From Candidatus Rokuibacteriota bacterium (GTDB lineage Bacteria; Methylomirabilota; Methylomirabilia; Rokubacteriales; CSP1-6), in assembly GCA_003220315.1 (NCBI GenBank), contig QHSA01000160.1, forward strand, positions 1-61,244: DNA of 61,244 nucleotides, in the 5' to 3' direction. The translations under genes were made by a program, and so were the position numbers. A model generated the notes under the pieces. The model saw nothing but the letters and a program-made list of their open reading frames with translations. It searched no databases and was not told the DNA's origin. Shown piece by piece: positions 1 to 10,530 of the stretch; position 1 is the first letter of the stretch; every line of letters starts with the position of its first letter.

Positions 1-335
1 TCTGGTACCCCTTGCGGCGCACGGGCGCGTTCGCACGCCTGAGCCCGAAGGAGCAGGGCGAGATCATCCGCGAGCACAGCGTGTTGGGTCGTGCGTACGG
101 TGATGCCGATCTCGCCCACGACATCCGCCTGGCGTGCCACGGGCTCGACGTGCACGACAACGACTTCGTCATCGGCCTGGTCGGCCGCGACCTCCATCCG
201 CTCTCCCACCTGGTCCAGGCGATGCGCAAGACTCTGCAGACCTCGCAGTACATCCAGACGCTCGGCCCGTTCTTCGTCGGCCACGCCCTCTGGCAGAGCC
301 CGCTCGGCGGACCCGGCGCCCGGGCCCAGCAGTAG
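1..335 (+). CDS. Chlorite dismutase/coproheme decarboxylase (HemQ)-family protein, C-terminal part (5' end outside window)
   Basis: Frame from nt 3: WYPLRR..F..L...EQ..I..EH..LG; GLD..D.DFVIG; LV..MR.T..TS.Y....GPFFVG, typical of the Cld/HemQ fold. Confidence 0.75.
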   Translation, partial: WYPLRRTGAFARLSPKEQGEIIREHSVLGRAYGDADLAHDIRLACHGLDVHDNDFVIGLVGRDLHPLSHLVQAMRKTLQTSQYIQTLGPFFVGHALWQSPLGGPGARAQQ

Positions 336-425
336 AGGGAAGGAGAACCAGGGACTCGTGTTCGCGTTGGCATAGACTGCGCTTCGCCGGCCGCACGGCG
401 CCTCAGAAGCCCGCAGAAAACTTGC

Positions 426-455
426 TTGACGGGCCTTTTGCCCGCGACGTATCTT
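426..455 (+). promoter_or_regulatory. sigma70-type promoter for satD
   Basis: TTGACG (426-431), 18-nt spacer, TATCTT (450-455). Confidence 0.55.
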
Positions 456-503
456 GCACCCTGATATGGGTGCACACGATCGATGCACCGCTAAACGGGT
501 GCA
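455..503. repeat. Tandem palindromic operator pair TGCACCC-N6-GGGTGCA (copies 1-2)
   Basis: 455-474 TGCACCC-TGATAT-GGGTGCA; 484-503 TGCACCG-CTAAAC-GGGTGCA; 29-bp period. Confidence 0.8.
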
Positions 504-509
504 GAGGGC

Positions 510-1223
510 ATGAAACGCGCACGTGCCCCAATCGCGGTTCTCACCGCGGATGTTGTCGGTTCGTCGCGCTACAGCTCGACCGATCGCCGGAAGCTCGACG
601 AAGTCATTCGTAAGGCGTTCGCCGAGGTCGAGCACCGATTTCCTGACGCCATCCACACCAGGCTGGCGTTCCGGATCACCGCCGGGGACGAGTTTCAGTG
701 TGTCATATCGGATACGCCGCGGGTGCTGGATATCCTCACGTACTTCCGTGCCGTGGTGGCCGCCAGCGGCTTGAGCCCGACGGTGCGCCTGCGGGCGTCT
801 GTGGGGATCGGGGATCTCACAACCCCGAGGCGCCAGAATCCCTACGAGGAAGACGGTCCCGCATTCGTCTATGCGCGGAACGGCCTCGAGGAGATCACGA
901 AGACCCGTAGCCCGCTCCGGGCCACGAAACTCATGACGGGGGTCCCGGAAGCCGACGCAGCGGCTGATGCCGTCCTCTGCCTGACGGATTTCATCCAGCA
1001 ATCGTGGACGGTCGCACAATGGGAAGCCATTCGATGGAGCCTGCTCGGACTGACTCGGGAGGCGATCGCGAGCAAGCTCAAGGTCGCCCATCAGAACGTG
1101 ACGAAGCGCCTTCTTGCCGCTGGCTGGCCTCACTTCGAGGTAGCGGCGGCTTTCCTCCACGAGCTGATCGAAAGGACCGCCCGCACCCCACGTAGGGTGC
1201 AGAAGGCCTCTGCACCCCGATGA
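510..1223 (+). CDS. satD: SatD-family protein (cyclase/GGDEF-like palm plus C-terminal HTH)
   Basis: TADVVGSS, AGDEFQ, LRASVGIG, DGPAF..AR motifs; C-terminal TREAIASKLKVAHQNVTKRL HTH. Confidence 0.8.
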   Translation: MKRARAPIAVLTADVVGSSRYSSTDRRKLDEVIRKAFAEVEHRFPDAIHTRLAFRITAGDEFQCVISDTPRVLDILTYFRAVVAASGLSPTVRLRASVGIGDLTTPRRQNPYEEDGPAFVYARNGLEEITKTRSPLRATKLMTGVPEADAAADAVLCLTDFIQQSWTVAQWEAIRWSLLGLTREAIASKLKVAHQNVTKRLLAAGWPHFEVAAAFLHELIERTARTPRRVQKASAPR

Positions 1224-1230
1224 GGGTGTA
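1182..1230. repeat. Second tandem palindromic operator pair (copies 3-4)
   Basis: 1182-1201 CGCACCC-CACGTA-GGGTGCA; 1211-1230 TGCACCC-CGATGA-GGGTGTA; 29-bp period. Confidence 0.8.
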
Positions 1231-1233
1231 ACA

Positions 1234-1965
1234 ATGCTCCTCTTCTTTCAGCTCTATCTCGCGCATCTTGTCGCCGACTTCCTGCTGCAGCCCGACTGGG
1301 TCGCCAGGAGGAAGACGGAGGTTCGGCCTCTCTCCGCCCACGCTGCGACCCATCTCCTGTGCGCGGCCGCCGCCGTGAATCTCGGGCTCGACCGTCGCGT
1401 CGCTGGGGCGATCGTCGCCGTCGCCCTCATCCACACCCTGCTCGACTATGCGAAGGCCAGGCTCTCAGGTGACGGCTGGATCGCGTTCACGGCGGATCAG
1501 GCGGCGCACCTCATGGTCGTCGCTCTGGCCTCGATCTGGCTCACGGCCTCGTGGCCCCGGATGATCGACGTCGTCCGCTCCATCGTCACCAACCCGCTTG
1601 TCTATCTGTACGCCTGTGCCTATGTCGCCGTGGTGTTCGGAGGGGGGTATCTGGTGCAGAAGGTCACTCAATCCTTTCTCGCCACGATGCAGAGCAGCTT
1701 GGCTCAGTTGAAGCCCGGTCTCCCGAGCGCAGGAAAATACATCGGATGGGTGGAGCGCATTCTGATTCTGACGTTCATCGTCGGCGGCTACGAGACTGCC
1801 GTGGGATTCCTGCTCGCGGCAAAGGCGCTCGTGCGATACCCCGAGATCAAGGAAGACACCCGGGGGCACTTCGCCGAGTACTTCCTCGTCGGGACGTTGA
1901 CGAGCGTCGGCCTCGCTCTCATTGCCGGCATGGCGGTGAACAAGCTGAGAAGTTTTCTCGGGTGA
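1234..1965 (+). CDS. DUF3307 (SatE-like) membrane protein
   Basis: LAHLVADFLLQ, HAATH, HTLLDYAK, DQAAH, GKYIGWVER, AKAL.R, EYFLVGTL; several TM helices. Confidence 0.8.
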   Translation: MLLFFQLYLAHLVADFLLQPDWVARRKTEVRPLSAHAATHLLCAAAAVNLGLDRRVAGAIVAVALIHTLLDYAKARLSGDGWIAFTADQAAHLMVVALASIWLTASWPRMIDVVRSIVTNPLVYLYACAYVAVVFGGGYLVQKVTQSFLATMQSSLAQLKPGLPSAGKYIGWVERILILTFIVGGYETAVGFLLAAKALVRYPEIKEDTRGHFAEYFLVGTLTSVGLALIAGMAVNKLRSFLG

Positions 1966-2004
1966 GGATGTGTCGGCCGTAAGATTCTAGTCGATGCCTG
2001 AGAC

Positions 2005-2739
2005 CTATCGTTCCGTCACCCCCGCGGGCTCCTCGAGCCACTCCAGGACGGCGGGAACCAGCGTCGCCAGGACCCGGCGGTTGAGCACGAGCCCCCAGTG
2101 GGAGGCGCCGTCGGCGACGAGATGCTTGGCGACGAGGGGGAGGTTCTGGTAACGCTCGCGTGGCCAGAACGTGTCCGCGGTCCCCGTAACGACCAGGAGC
2201 GGACAGGGAAGCGGTTCGACCACGATTCCGGCCGCGCGCTCGTCGCGCGCGAGCTGGGACTCCGAGCCGAGCGACGCGAGCGCGATTCGCCGCTCCTCCC
2301 GATCGAGGTCGGGCATCGTGGGCTGATATTCCAGATCGGACGACGTGATCCCGTACGCGTCGGGGCCGAACGTGCCGGTGCGCAGCGGGACGGCGCGATC
2401 GGTCGCGCGGGCCGGCGCGCTCGGCGCAAGTCCGACGCAGGCGACGGCCCCGCACACACCCGCGGCCATCATCGCCACGAGCCCTCCCATGGACCATCCG
2501 AGCAGCACGGGTGGCCGCGGAAGAGCCCGCGTCGCCGCGACGACGTCCTCGGCGTAATCCGCCATCCGCGTCGTGCCGAGGTCCGGCCCCGCACGCTCCC
2601 CGTGACCGCGAAGGTCGAGGGCGAGCGTGGGCCAGCCGCGCCGCTCGAGCGCCTCGCGCCAGAAGGTCCAGACGCGCGCGGAGTTCGCCGAGCCGTGAAC
2701 GAGGAGGAGAGGAGGACGGTCCCGCGAGGACGTCGTCAG
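2005..2739 (-). CDS. alpha/beta-fold hydrolase (probable CTG start overlapping gltD stop)
   Basis: LLLVHGSANS oxyanion motif and DLRGHG lie in frame upstream of the ORF-track start; nucleophile GWSMGG; G..D and SH near C-terminus. Confidence 0.75.
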   Translation of the reverse strand: MTTSSRDRPPLLLVHGSANSARVWTFWREALERRGWPTLALDLRGHGERAGPDLGTTRMADYAEDVVAATRALPRPPVLLGWSMGGLVAMMAAGVCGAVACVGLAPSAPARATDRAVPLRTGTFGPDAYGITSSDLEYQPTMPDLDREERRIALASLGSESQLARDERAAGIVVEPLPCPLLVVTGTADTFWPRERYQNLPLVAKHLVADGASHWGLVLNRRVLATLVPAVLEWLEEPAGVTER

Positions 2740-4184
2740 GGAAGCGGTGCCGGGAGGTCCGACTTGCCCATCAGGTAGCGATCGACCCCGCGCGCGGCGG
2801 AGCGGCCCTCGGCAATCGCCCAGACGATCAGCGACTGGCCCCGCTGCATATCGCCGCAGGTGAAAACGCCGGGGACGCTCGTCATCCAGTGGGCGTCACG
2901 CCAGACATTGCCGCGCTCGGTGAGCTTCACGCCGAGCTCGGCGAGCATCCCCGGCCGCTCGGCGCCGAGGAAGCCCATCGCGAGCAGGACGAGGTCGCAG
3001 GGCAGCGTGAACTCGGTGCCGGGGACCGGCGTGAAATCCACGCGCCCGCCCTCGCGGACCATCCGGACCTCGACGGCTTGGAGGGCCTGCACGTGCCCGC
3101 GCTCGTTCCCCAGGAAGCGCTGGGTGGACACCGCATAGACGCGCTCGCCGCCCTCCTCGTGAGCCCCGGAGACACGAAAGACGTTGGGCCACTGCGGCCA
3201 CGGGTTGTCGGGGGCCCGCCGGTCGGGCGGCCGCGGGAGGAGCTCGAACTGGTGGACCGAGCGCGCGCCCTGGCGGTGGACGGTGCCGAGGCAGTCGGCT
3301 CCGGTATCGCCGCCGCCGATGATGACGACGCGCTTGCCTTCGGCGGTGATGAAGTCGGCGTCGAGGATCGCGTCGCCTTCGCACCGCTTGTTCTGGAGGG
3401 TCAGGTACTCCATCGCGAAGTGGATGCCCACGAGCTCGCGCCCCGGCACCGGGAGATCCCGCGGGTGGCAGGCACCGCCGGCCAGGACGAGCGCGTCGAA
3501 GACGTCCCGGAGCTCCGCGACGGGGACGTTGACGCCGACATTGGCGTTGGTCGCAAAGCTCACGCCCTCCTTCTCCATGAGCGTGAGGCGCCGGTCGAGG
3601 AAGCGCTTCTCCATCTTGAACTCGGGGATGCCGTAACGCAGGAGTCCCCCGATCCGGTCGGCCCGCTCGAAGACCGTCACGGCATGGCCGGCGCGGTTAC
3701 ACTGCTGCGCGCACGCGAGCCCGGCCGGCCCAGAGCCGACGACGGCGACCCGCTTGCCGGTGCGGAGCACCGGCGGCTCCCGGCCGACCCAGCCCTCCTC
3801 GAAGGCGTGTTCGATGATCGAGAGCTCGATCGCCTTGATCGTGACGGGGTCGTCGTTGATCTCGAGCACGCACGAGCCCTCGCACGGCGCGGGGCAGAGC
3901 CGGCCCGTCCACTCGGGGAAGTTGTTCGTCGCGTGCAGGCGGTCGATCGCCTCGCGCCAGTGGTCCTTGTACACGAGGTCGTTCCAGTCGGGAATGATGT
4001 TCCCGAGCGGGCAGCCCTGGTGGCAGAACGGGATGCCGCAGTCCATACACCGCGCCGCCTGCTTCTTGAGCTCGTCCTGGGGGAAGGGGAGATAGACCTC
4101 CTTCCAGTCGCGGACCCGCTCCTCGACCGGGCGCGTCGGCCACTTCTTGCGCTTGATCTCGAGAAAGCCGGTGACCTTACCCAC
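2736..4184 (-). CDS. gltD: Glutamate synthase small subunit
   Basis: [10 protein letters not shown]...[40 protein letters not shown]. Confidence 0.97.
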   Translation of the reverse strand: MGKVTGFLEIKRKKWPTRPVEERVRDWKEVYLPFPQDELKKQAARCMDCGIPFCHQGCPLGNIIPDWNDLVYKDHWREAIDRLHATNNFPEWTGRLCPAPCEGSCVLEINDDPVTIKAIELSIIEHAFEEGWVGREPPVLRTGKRVAVVGSGPAGLACAQQCNRAGHAVTVFERADRIGGLLRYGIPEFKMEKRFLDRRLTLMEKEGVSFATNANVGVNVPVAELRDVFDALVLAGGACHPRDLPVPGRELVGIHFAMEYLTLQNKRCEGDAILDADFITAEGKRVVIIGGGDTGADCLGTVHRQGARSVHQFELLPRPPDRRAPDNPWPQWPNVFRVSGAHEEGGERVYAVSTQRFLGNERGHVQALQAVEVRMVREGGRVDFTPVPGTEFTLPCDLVLLAMGFLGAERPGMLAELGVKLTERGNVWRDAHWMTSVPGVFTCGDMQRGQSLIVWAIAEGRSAARGVDRYLMGKSDLPAPLP

Positions 4185-7100
4185 TCGTGGCCCCGACGAG
4201 CTCGGCGAACGTCGGCTCGCGCCCCTCGGCCCGCGCCCGCGCCTCGGCGAGGAGGATGCGCCGGTAGTCCTTCGGCATCACCTTGACGAACCGGGGCTCC
4301 TGCCCGATCCAGTCGTCGAGGATGCGCGTGGCGTAGGTCGAGCCCGTCGCGGCGATGTGGCGTCGGATCAGGTCGCGCACGAGCTCGATGTCCTCGGCTC
4401 GGTCGAGCGGCTCGAGGTCCACCATGCCGAGGTTCGAGCGCCGCTTGAAGTCGCCGTCCACGTCGAGCACGTACGCGATACCACCCGACATGCCCGCGGC
4501 GAAGTTCCGGCCGGTGCGCCCGAGCACGACGACGCGCCCGCCCGTCATGTACTCGCAGCCGTGGTCGCCGATGCCTTCCACGACCGCGTGGACGCCGCTG
4601 TTCCTCACGCAGAACCGTTCACCGGCGACTCCTCGGACGTACGCCTCGCCGCTGGTGGCCCCGTAGAGGGCGACGTTGCCGATGACGATGTTCTCCTCGG
4701 CCACGAACGTGGCGCGGCGAGACGGGAAGACGATCAGCCTGCCGCCCGACAGCCCCTTGCCCCAGTAGTCGTTGGCGTCGCCCTCGAGCGTGAAGGTGAT
4801 CCCCCGTGGCACGAAGGCGCCGAAGCTCTGACCGGCGGAGCCCGTGAAGTGGATCTGGATCGTGTCGTCGGGCAGCCCCGCGCCGCCCCAGCGCTTGGTG
4901 ATGTGGTAGCCGAGCATCGTGCCCACGGTGCGGTGGACGTTATGGATGGGCAGGGCGAGCGCCACCGGCTTCGCGTGCTCGACGGCCTCCCGGCAGGCCG
5001 GGATGATCGTCGTGGAGTCGAGGGACTTCTCCAGGGCGTGATCCTGAGGGACCACACGGTGCCGCGCGACCTCGGGCGGCATGTCCGGCTGGTAGAGGAT
5101 CGTCGCGAGGTCGAGACCCCGCGCCTTCCAGTGCTCGAGCGCCGGCTTGACGTTGAGCTTGTCGACCCGGCCGATCATCTCGTCCATGGTCCTGAAGCCG
5201 AGCCGCGCCATGGTCTCCCGCACCTCCTGGGCCACGAATCTGAAGAAGTTCACGACGTACTCGGGCTTGCCGCTGAATCGCTTCCTGAGCTCGGGGTCCT
5301 GGGTGGCGACGCCCACGGGGCAGGTGTTGAGGTGACAGACGCGCATCATGATGCAGCCCAGCACGACGAGCGGCGCCGTCGAGAAGCCGTACTCCTCGGC
5401 GCCGAGCAGCGCCGCGATGACGACGTCTCGCCCGGTCTTCAGCTGGCCGTCCACCTGGACCACGATCCGGTCGCGCAGCTTGTTCAACACGAGCACCTGC
5501 TGGGTCTCGGCCACGCCGAGCTCCCACGGGATGCCGCCGTGCTTGATCGAGGTGAGCGGCGACGCGCCCGTGCCACCGTCGTGGCCGGAGATCAACACGA
5601 CGTCGGAGAAGGCCTTGGCCACGCCGGCCGCCACGGTGCCGACACCGATCTCGGCCACGAGCTTCACGTGCACCCGCGCCTCGGGGTTGGCGTTCTTCAG
5701 ATCGTGAATCAGCTGCTTGATGTCCTCGATCGAGTAGATGTCGTGATGCGGAGGCGGCGAGATGAGCTGCACGCCCGGCGTCGCGAAGCGAACCTTCGCG
5801 ATCCACGGGTAGACCTTGGTGCCCGGGAGCTGGCCGCCCTCGCCGGGCTTGGCGCCCTGGGCCATCTTGATCTGCAGATCGGTCGCGTTGACGAGATACT
5901 CGCTGGTCACCCCGAACCGTCCGGAGGCGACCTGCTTGACGGCGCTCCGGCGCCAGTCCCCGTTGGGATCCCGCCGGTACCGGGCCGGATCCTCGCCGCC
6001 CTCACCGGTGTTGGACCTGCCGCCGATCCGGTTCATCGCGATCGCGAGCGTCTCGTGGGCCTCCTGGCTGATCGAGCCGTAGGACATGGCGCCGGTCGCG
6101 AAGCGCTTGAGGATCGACTCGACCGGCTCGACCTCCTCGATCGGGATCGGCGTCCGAGCCTCCACGAGCTCCATGAGCCCGCGCAGGGTCGCCAGCCGGC
6201 GGTTCTGGTCGTCGCAGAGCCGAGAGTACTCCTTGAAGAGCGTGTAGCTCCCCGAGCGGGTCGAGTGCTGGAGCCGCGCGATCATGTCGGGATTGACCAT
6301 GTGGTGCTCGCCGTCGCGCCGCCACTGGTACTCGCCTCCCCAGTCCAAGTCCCGCCCGCCGACGGGCCGCTCGGGGAAGGCGCGCGCGTGCCGGCGGCTG
6401 GCCTCCTCGGCGATGACGTCGATACCGATGCCCGACACCCGGGACGCGGTCCCGGTGAAGTAGCGATCCACGAGGTCCCGGCAGAGACCGACGGCCTCGA
6501 AGATCTGCGCGCCGCAGTAGCTCTGCAGCGTCGAGATCCCCATCTTGGCCATGACCTTCAGGATCCCCTTGTTGAGCGCCTTGATGTAGCTCTTGACGGC
6601 CTTCGTGTGGTCGATCCCGGTGAGGATCCCCTGGCGGATCATGTCGTCCAGGGTCTCGAAGGCCACCCACGGGTTCACGGCGCCCGCGCCGTACCCGATG
6701 AGCAGACACATGTGGTGGACCTCGCGCGCGTCACCCGTCTCCACGACGAGGCCGCAGCGCGTGCGCTCGCCGCGCCGCACCAGGTGATGGTGCACGGCGG
6801 CCGTGGCCAGGAGGCTCGGGACCGCCGCCCGCTCACGGCTCTGCCCCCGATCGGACAGGATGAGGATGTTGGCCCCGTCGGCGATCGCCTGGCTCGCCTG
6901 CCTCTGGAGGCTCTCGAGCGCGCGCTCGAGCCCGGCGGCGCCCTCGGTGACCGGCCAGAGCATCGGCAGCGTGAACGATTTGAAGCCGCGCGCGCCGACG
7001 TGAGTGAGCTTGGCGAGCTCGGCGTTCGAGAGCACCGGATCCTTGAGCACGATTTGCCGACAGGACGCCGGCTCCGGGTCGAGGAGGTTCGCCTCCGGCC

Positions 7101-8772
7101 CGACCGTGGACTCCATTGCGGTGACCAGCTCCTCGCGGATCTGGTCGAGCGGCGGGTTGGTGACCTGAGCGAAGAGCTGCTTGAAGTAGTCGTAGAGCGG
7201 CCGGGGTCGGTCCGACAGGACCGCCAGCGCGGTGTCGGTCCCCATCGAGCCCACCGGCTCCTCGGCGTTCTTGGCCATCGGCAAGAGGAGAATGCGGAGG
7301 TCCTCGTGGGTGTAGCCGAAGGCGATCTGACGCTGGAGCACCGTCTCGTGGTCCGGCGCGGGAGCCGGGTGCTCGGGCAGCTCGTCCAGACTCACCGAGT
7401 TCTCCCGCAGCCAGGTTCCATAGGGCAACTCCCCCGCGAGCTCTCCCTTGATCTCCTCGTCGTCGACGATCCGTCCCTTCCCGGTGTCCACGAGGAAGAT
7501 GCGCCCGGGGTGCAGCCGCTCCTTGACGAGGATGCTCTCCGGCGGCACGTCGAGGACGCCGACCTCGGAGGCCATGATGACCAGGTCGTCCTTGGTGACG
7601 TAGTAGCGCGACGGGCGGAGCCCGTTCCTGTCCAGCACGGCGCCGATCACGGTGCCGTCGGTGAAGGCGATCGACGCGGGGCCGTCCCACGGCTCCATCA
7701 GCGAGGCGTGGTACTCGTAGAACGCCCGCCGCTCGGGGCTCATCGCCTCGTGGTTCTGCCACGGCTCCGGAATCATCATGAGAATCGCGTGCGGCAGCGA
7801 CCGGCCGTTCATCACGAGGAACTCGAGGACGTTGTCGAACGTGGCCGAGTCCGACAGCCCCTCGCGGGTCACGGGCAGCACCTTCCTGAGGTCGTTGCCG
7901 AGGAGGTCCGAGCGGCAGAGCGCCTCGCGGGCGCGCATCCAGTTGATGTTGCCGCGGAGCGTGTTGATCTCGCCGTTGTGGGCGATGTAGCGGTAGGGGT
8001 GCGCGAGCGGCCAGGAGGGGAACGTGTTGGTGCTGAATCGCTGGTGCACGAGCGCGAGCGCCGACTCGACGTCCGGGTCGGCGAGGTCCGGGTACATCGT
8101 CACGATCTGGTCCGCGCTGAGCATTCCCTTGTAGATGAGCGTGTTCGAGCTGAGGCTCGGGATGTAGGCGAACTTGTTCTCGGGGATGTCGAGCGCCGCC
8201 ACGGCCTTCTCGAAGAGCTTGCGGATCACGTAGAGTTTGCGCTCGAAGCCGGCGTGGTCGCGGAGCCCCGCGCCGCGGCCGATGAACACCTGCGTGATGC
8301 ACGGCTCGACCGAGCGCGCCGTGGCGCCGAGCAGCCGGTCGTCGGTCGGAACGTCGCGCCAGCCACAGAGCCGCTGCCCCTCCTCCTCGACGATCGAGTG
8401 CAGCAGCGCCCGTACCTTGTCGCGCTGCTCGGGATCGCGCGGGAGGAACACGAGGCCGCAGCCGTATTCCTTGGGTTGGGGCAGGGGGATCCCGAGCCGG
8501 TCGCACTCCCGGCGAAGGAACTTGTCCGGGGTCTGGAGCAGGATGCCGGCGCCGTCGCCCGTATTCGGCTCGCACCCGCACGCGCCCCGGTGGAGCAGGT
8601 TGATGAGGACCCCGAGCGCCTGGCGGACGATCGTGTGCGACTTCTTGCCCTTGATGTTGACGACGAATCCGACGCCACAGGCGTCGTGCTCGTCACGCGG
8701 ATCGTACAAGCCCTGGGCGGGCGGCTGGCCGGGCACCGTTGCCGGAGGCGTGCGGCGCTCTACTCCCCTCAT
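4177..8772 (-). CDS. gltB: Glutamate synthase large subunit
   Basis: EHDACGVGF Ntn-Cys, [40 protein letters not shown]; probable ATG at 8772. Confidence 0.97.
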   Translation of the reverse strand: MRGVERRTPPATVPGQPPAQGLYDPRDEHDACGVGFVVNIKGKKSHTIVRQALGVLINLLHRGACGCEPNTGDGAGILLQTPDKFLRRECDRLGIPLPQPKEYGCGLVFLPRDPEQRDKVRALLHSIVEEEGQRLCGWRDVPTDDRLLGATARSVEPCITQVFIGRGAGLRDHAGFERKLYVIRKLFEKAVAALDIPENKFAYIPSLSSNTLIYKGMLSADQIVTMYPDLADPDVESALALVHQRFSTNTFPSWPLAHPYRYIAHNGEINTLRGNINWMRAREALCRSDLLGNDLRKVLPVTREGLSDSATFDNVLEFLVMNGRSLPHAILMMIPEPWQNHEAMSPERRAFYEYHASLMEPWDGPASIAFTDGTVIGAVLDRNGLRPSRYYVTKDDLVIMASEVGVLDVPPESILVKERLHPGRIFLVDTGKGRIVDDEEIKGELAGELPYGTWLRENSVSLDELPEHPAPAPDHETVLQRQIAFGYTHEDLRILLLPMAKNAEEPVGSMGTDTALAVLSDRPRPLYDYFKQLFAQVTNPPLDQIREELVTAMESTVGPEANLLDPEPASCRQIVLKDPVLSNAELAKLTHVGARGFKSFTLPMLWPVTEGAAGLERALESLQRQASQAIADGANILILSDRGQSRERAAVPSLLATAAVHHHLVRRGERTRCGLVVETGDAREVHHMCLLIGYGAGAVNPWVAFETLDDMIRQGILTGIDHTKAVKSYIKALNKGILKVMAKMGISTLQSYCGAQIFEAVGLCRDLVDRYFTGTASRVSGIGIDVIAEEASRRHARAFPERPVGGRDLDWGGEYQWRRDGEHHMVNPDMIARLQHSTRSGSYTLFKEYSRLCDDQNRRLATLRGLMELVEARTPIPIEEVEPVESILKRFATGAMSYGSISQEAHETLAIAMNRIGGRSNTGEGGEDPARYRRDPNGDWRRSAVKQVASGRFGVTSEYLVNATDLQIKMAQGAKPGEGGQLPGTKVYPWIAKVRFATPGVQLISPPPHHDIYSIEDIKQLIHDLKNANPEARVHVKLVAEIGVGTVAAGVAKAFSDVVLISGHDGGTGASPLTSIKHGGIPWELGVAETQQVLVLNKLRDRIVVQVDGQLKTGRDVVIAALLGAEEYGFSTAPLVVLGCIMMRVCHLNTCPVGVATQDPELRKRFSGKPEYVVNFFRFVAQEVRETMARLGFRTMDEMIGRVDKLNVKPALEHWKARGLDLATILYQPDMPPEVARHRVVPQDHALEKSLDSTTIIPACREAVEHAKPVALALPIHNVHRTVGTMLGYHITKRWGGAGLPDDTIQIHFTGSAGQSFGAFVPRGITFTLEGDANDYWGKGLSGGRLIVFPSRRATFVAEENIVIGNVALYGATSGEAYVRGVAGERFCVRNSGVHAVVEGIGDHGCEYMTGGRVVVLGRTGRNFAAGMSGGIAYVLDVDGDFKRRSNLGMVDLEPLDRAEDIELVRDLIRRHIAATGSTYATRILDDWIGQEPRFVKVMPKDYRRILLAEARARAEGREPTFAELVGATSG

Positions 8773-8850
8773 CCTGCACCCCTTTGTGAACAGTTGCACG
8801 ATAGTACGCGTGCTCCCACTATTAGTCATCCCAAAAAGTTAGATGGTGGG

Positions 8851-8867
8851 TATCAGCTAGTCTTATA
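8851..8867. promoter_or_regulatory. Possible LysR box in the gltB/lysR divergent spacer
   Basis: TAT-N11-ATA dyad containing T-N11-A, adjacent to the lysR -10 (TAAAAT 8869-8874). Confidence 0.4.
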
Positions 8868-8880
8868 GTAAAATCCCCGC

Positions 8881-9855
8881 GTGCATCTGGAGACGCTCCG
8901 CCTCTACTGCGACGTGGTCCGGCTCCGCTCGTTCTCGCGAGGGGCCGAGCAAAACTTCGTGTCGCAGTCGGCCGCGAGCCAGGCGGTCCAGCAGCTCGAG
9001 ACCGAGCTCGGGGTGGCGCTGATCGATCGGACCAAGCGGCCCTTCGTCGTCACGCCCGAGGGCGAGGCCTTCTACGCGGCGTCCCGCGCCATCCTCGAGT
9101 CGTGGGAGAAGGCCAAGGGGGAGGTGGCGGCCGTGAAGGCGCGCGTCGACGGCACGGTGCGGGTCGCCGCGATCTACTCCGTCGGGCTCCACGACGTGAG
9201 CCGGCACATGCAGCGCTTCATGTCCCTGTACCCGGAGGCGCGGGTGCAGCTCGAGTGCCTGCACCCCCACAAGGTCGTCGAGGCGGTCCTCGGCGGCGAG
9301 GCGGACGTCGGGATCATGTCCTACCCGCCGACGAATCGCGCCCTCTCGATCGTCCCGCTCCGGGCCGAGCCCATGGCGTTCGTGTGCCACCCGAACCACC
9401 GGCTGGCGCGCCATCGTCTCGTGCGGCCCACGGACCTCAACGGCGAGACGTTTGTCGCGTTCGACTCTGGGCTGACGATCCGCAAGGCGATCGACCGCGC
9501 GCTCCGTGCGCACAACGTCAAGGTCACCACGGTCATGGAGTTCGACAATATCGAGACGATCAAGCAGGCGATCACGATCGCGGCGGGAGTGTCGATCCTG
9601 CCCCGGCACACCGTCCAGAAGGAAGTCGGGATCCGGACGCTCAGCGTCGTCCCGCTCGCGATTCCCGACCTGGTCCGGCCCGTGGGGATCATCCACCGCC
9701 GGCAGAAGCCGCTGACGCCGACCGTGAGCCGATTCATCGAGCTCCTGCGCGAGGCGAACGAAGAGCCCGCGCGCGCTAGGGCGGGACTCGCCGCGCGAAG
9801 GGGAGTAGGATTGGAGCGAGGCTCGTTCGGGAAAGAGGGGGAGAGCCATGGGTGA
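8881..9855 (+). CDS. LysR-family regulator divergent from gltBD (GltC-like role inferred)
   Basis: SFSRGAEQNFVSQSAASQAVQQLETELGVALIDR HTH plus substrate-binding domain. Confidence 0.92.
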   Translation: MHLETLRLYCDVVRLRSFSRGAEQNFVSQSAASQAVQQLETELGVALIDRTKRPFVVTPEGEAFYAASRAILESWEKAKGEVAAVKARVDGTVRVAAIYSVGLHDVSRHMQRFMSLYPEARVQLECLHPHKVVEAVLGGEADVGIMSYPPTNRALSIVPLRAEPMAFVCHPNHRLARHRLVRPTDLNGETFVAFDSGLTIRKAIDRALRAHNVKVTTVMEFDNIETIKQAITIAAGVSILPRHTVQKEVGIRTLSVVPLAIPDLVRPVGIIHRRQKPLTPTVSRFIELLREANEEPARARAGLAARRGVGLERGSFGKEGESHG

Positions 9856-10372
9856 GTTCGAGGACGAATACTCGGCAGCGCTCGAAGGCGAAGTCCGCGA
9901 GACCAGGGGGGCGCTCCTGAACGACACGATCAGCGTGCTCGGTCCGGCCGATCCGATCTGCCTGCCCGGGACCGCGACGGTCCACGAGGCGGTCGAAACG
10001 ATGCTCGCCCGCCGTCAGGCAGGGGTGCTGATCACGGACGCCGCGGGACGGCTGACGGGCATCTTCACGGAGCGCGACGTGCTCACGCGCGTGGTCGGCA
10101 AGGGCCTCGACGCGCGCCAAACGGTGCTCGACAAGGTGATGACCCGTAATCCCGAGGCGCTCACGGCGCGGGACCGCGTGGCCTACGCCGTCCACTCGAT
10201 GAGCGTCGCCGGGTACCGCACGGTGCCGCTCGTCGACGCCGAGCGGCGGCCGATCGGCGTGGTCACCGTGAACGACGTGATCCGCTGGCTGGCCAACCTG
10301 TTTCCGGAAGCCGTCCTGAACCTGCCGCCCGGCGACACGCTCAAGAGGCCCAGCGAGATCGACGCGGGGTAG
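9848..10372 (+). CDS. CBS-pair protein
   Basis: GIFTERDVL, VMTRNP, RTVPLVD..GVVTVNDV. Confidence 0.88.
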   Translation: MGEFEDEYSAALEGEVRETRGALLNDTISVLGPADPICLPGTATVHEAVETMLARRQAGVLITDAAGRLTGIFTERDVLTRVVGKGLDARQTVLDKVMTRNPEALTARDRVAYAVHSMSVAGYRTVPLVDAERRPIGVVTVNDVIRWLANLFPEAVLNLPPGDTLKRPSEIDAG

Positions 10373-10382
10373 GGTACAAACC

Positions 10383-10411
10383 TTGCCCGTAGGGAGAGCG
10401 TCCGATAAAAT
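10383..10411 (+). promoter_or_regulatory. sigma70-type promoter for korAB
   Basis: TTGCCC-N17-TAAAAT. Confidence 0.6.
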
Positions 10412-10417
10412 CATGAT

Positions 10418-10530
10418 GGTCTGCCCGACTTGGAGCGCACTGACCGCAGTCGGGCAGCCTCTGAAACGAAACCCGAGGCCCCGATGTCCGCGGTCTGCGC
10501 GTGCGCCTGAAACCGAGCGAGGAGACGAGC
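10418..10530 (+). ncRNA. Candidate structured 5' leader RNA of korAB (unassigned)
   Basis: 10-bp stem 10421-10430/10448-10457; loop complementary to 10490-10500; second stem GCCTC/GAGGC. Confidence 0.4.

Noticed and set aside
455-1230. Palindromes as a mini-CRISPR array or integron attC sites
   Set aside because: Only 9 nt between copies, variable centres, no cas or integrase gene, no GTTRRRY cores
2575-2610. Suspected frameshift in the alpha/beta hydrolase
   Set aside because: Re-reading gives a continuous frame RGHGERAGPDLGTTRM
4147-8868. 1573-aa plus-strand ORF and similar long antisense ORFs (2511-4286, 9776-12430, 25753-27624)
   Set aside because: Shadow frames of real high-GC genes; no recognisable motifs
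10418-10530. korA leader as an SAH or ZTP riboswitch or a hammerhead ribozyme
   Set aside because: Only partial echoes (GGAGCG, CGCCTG, CTGA/GAAAC); required core motifs such as CAGG, CGCCUGGG and CUGANGA are absent
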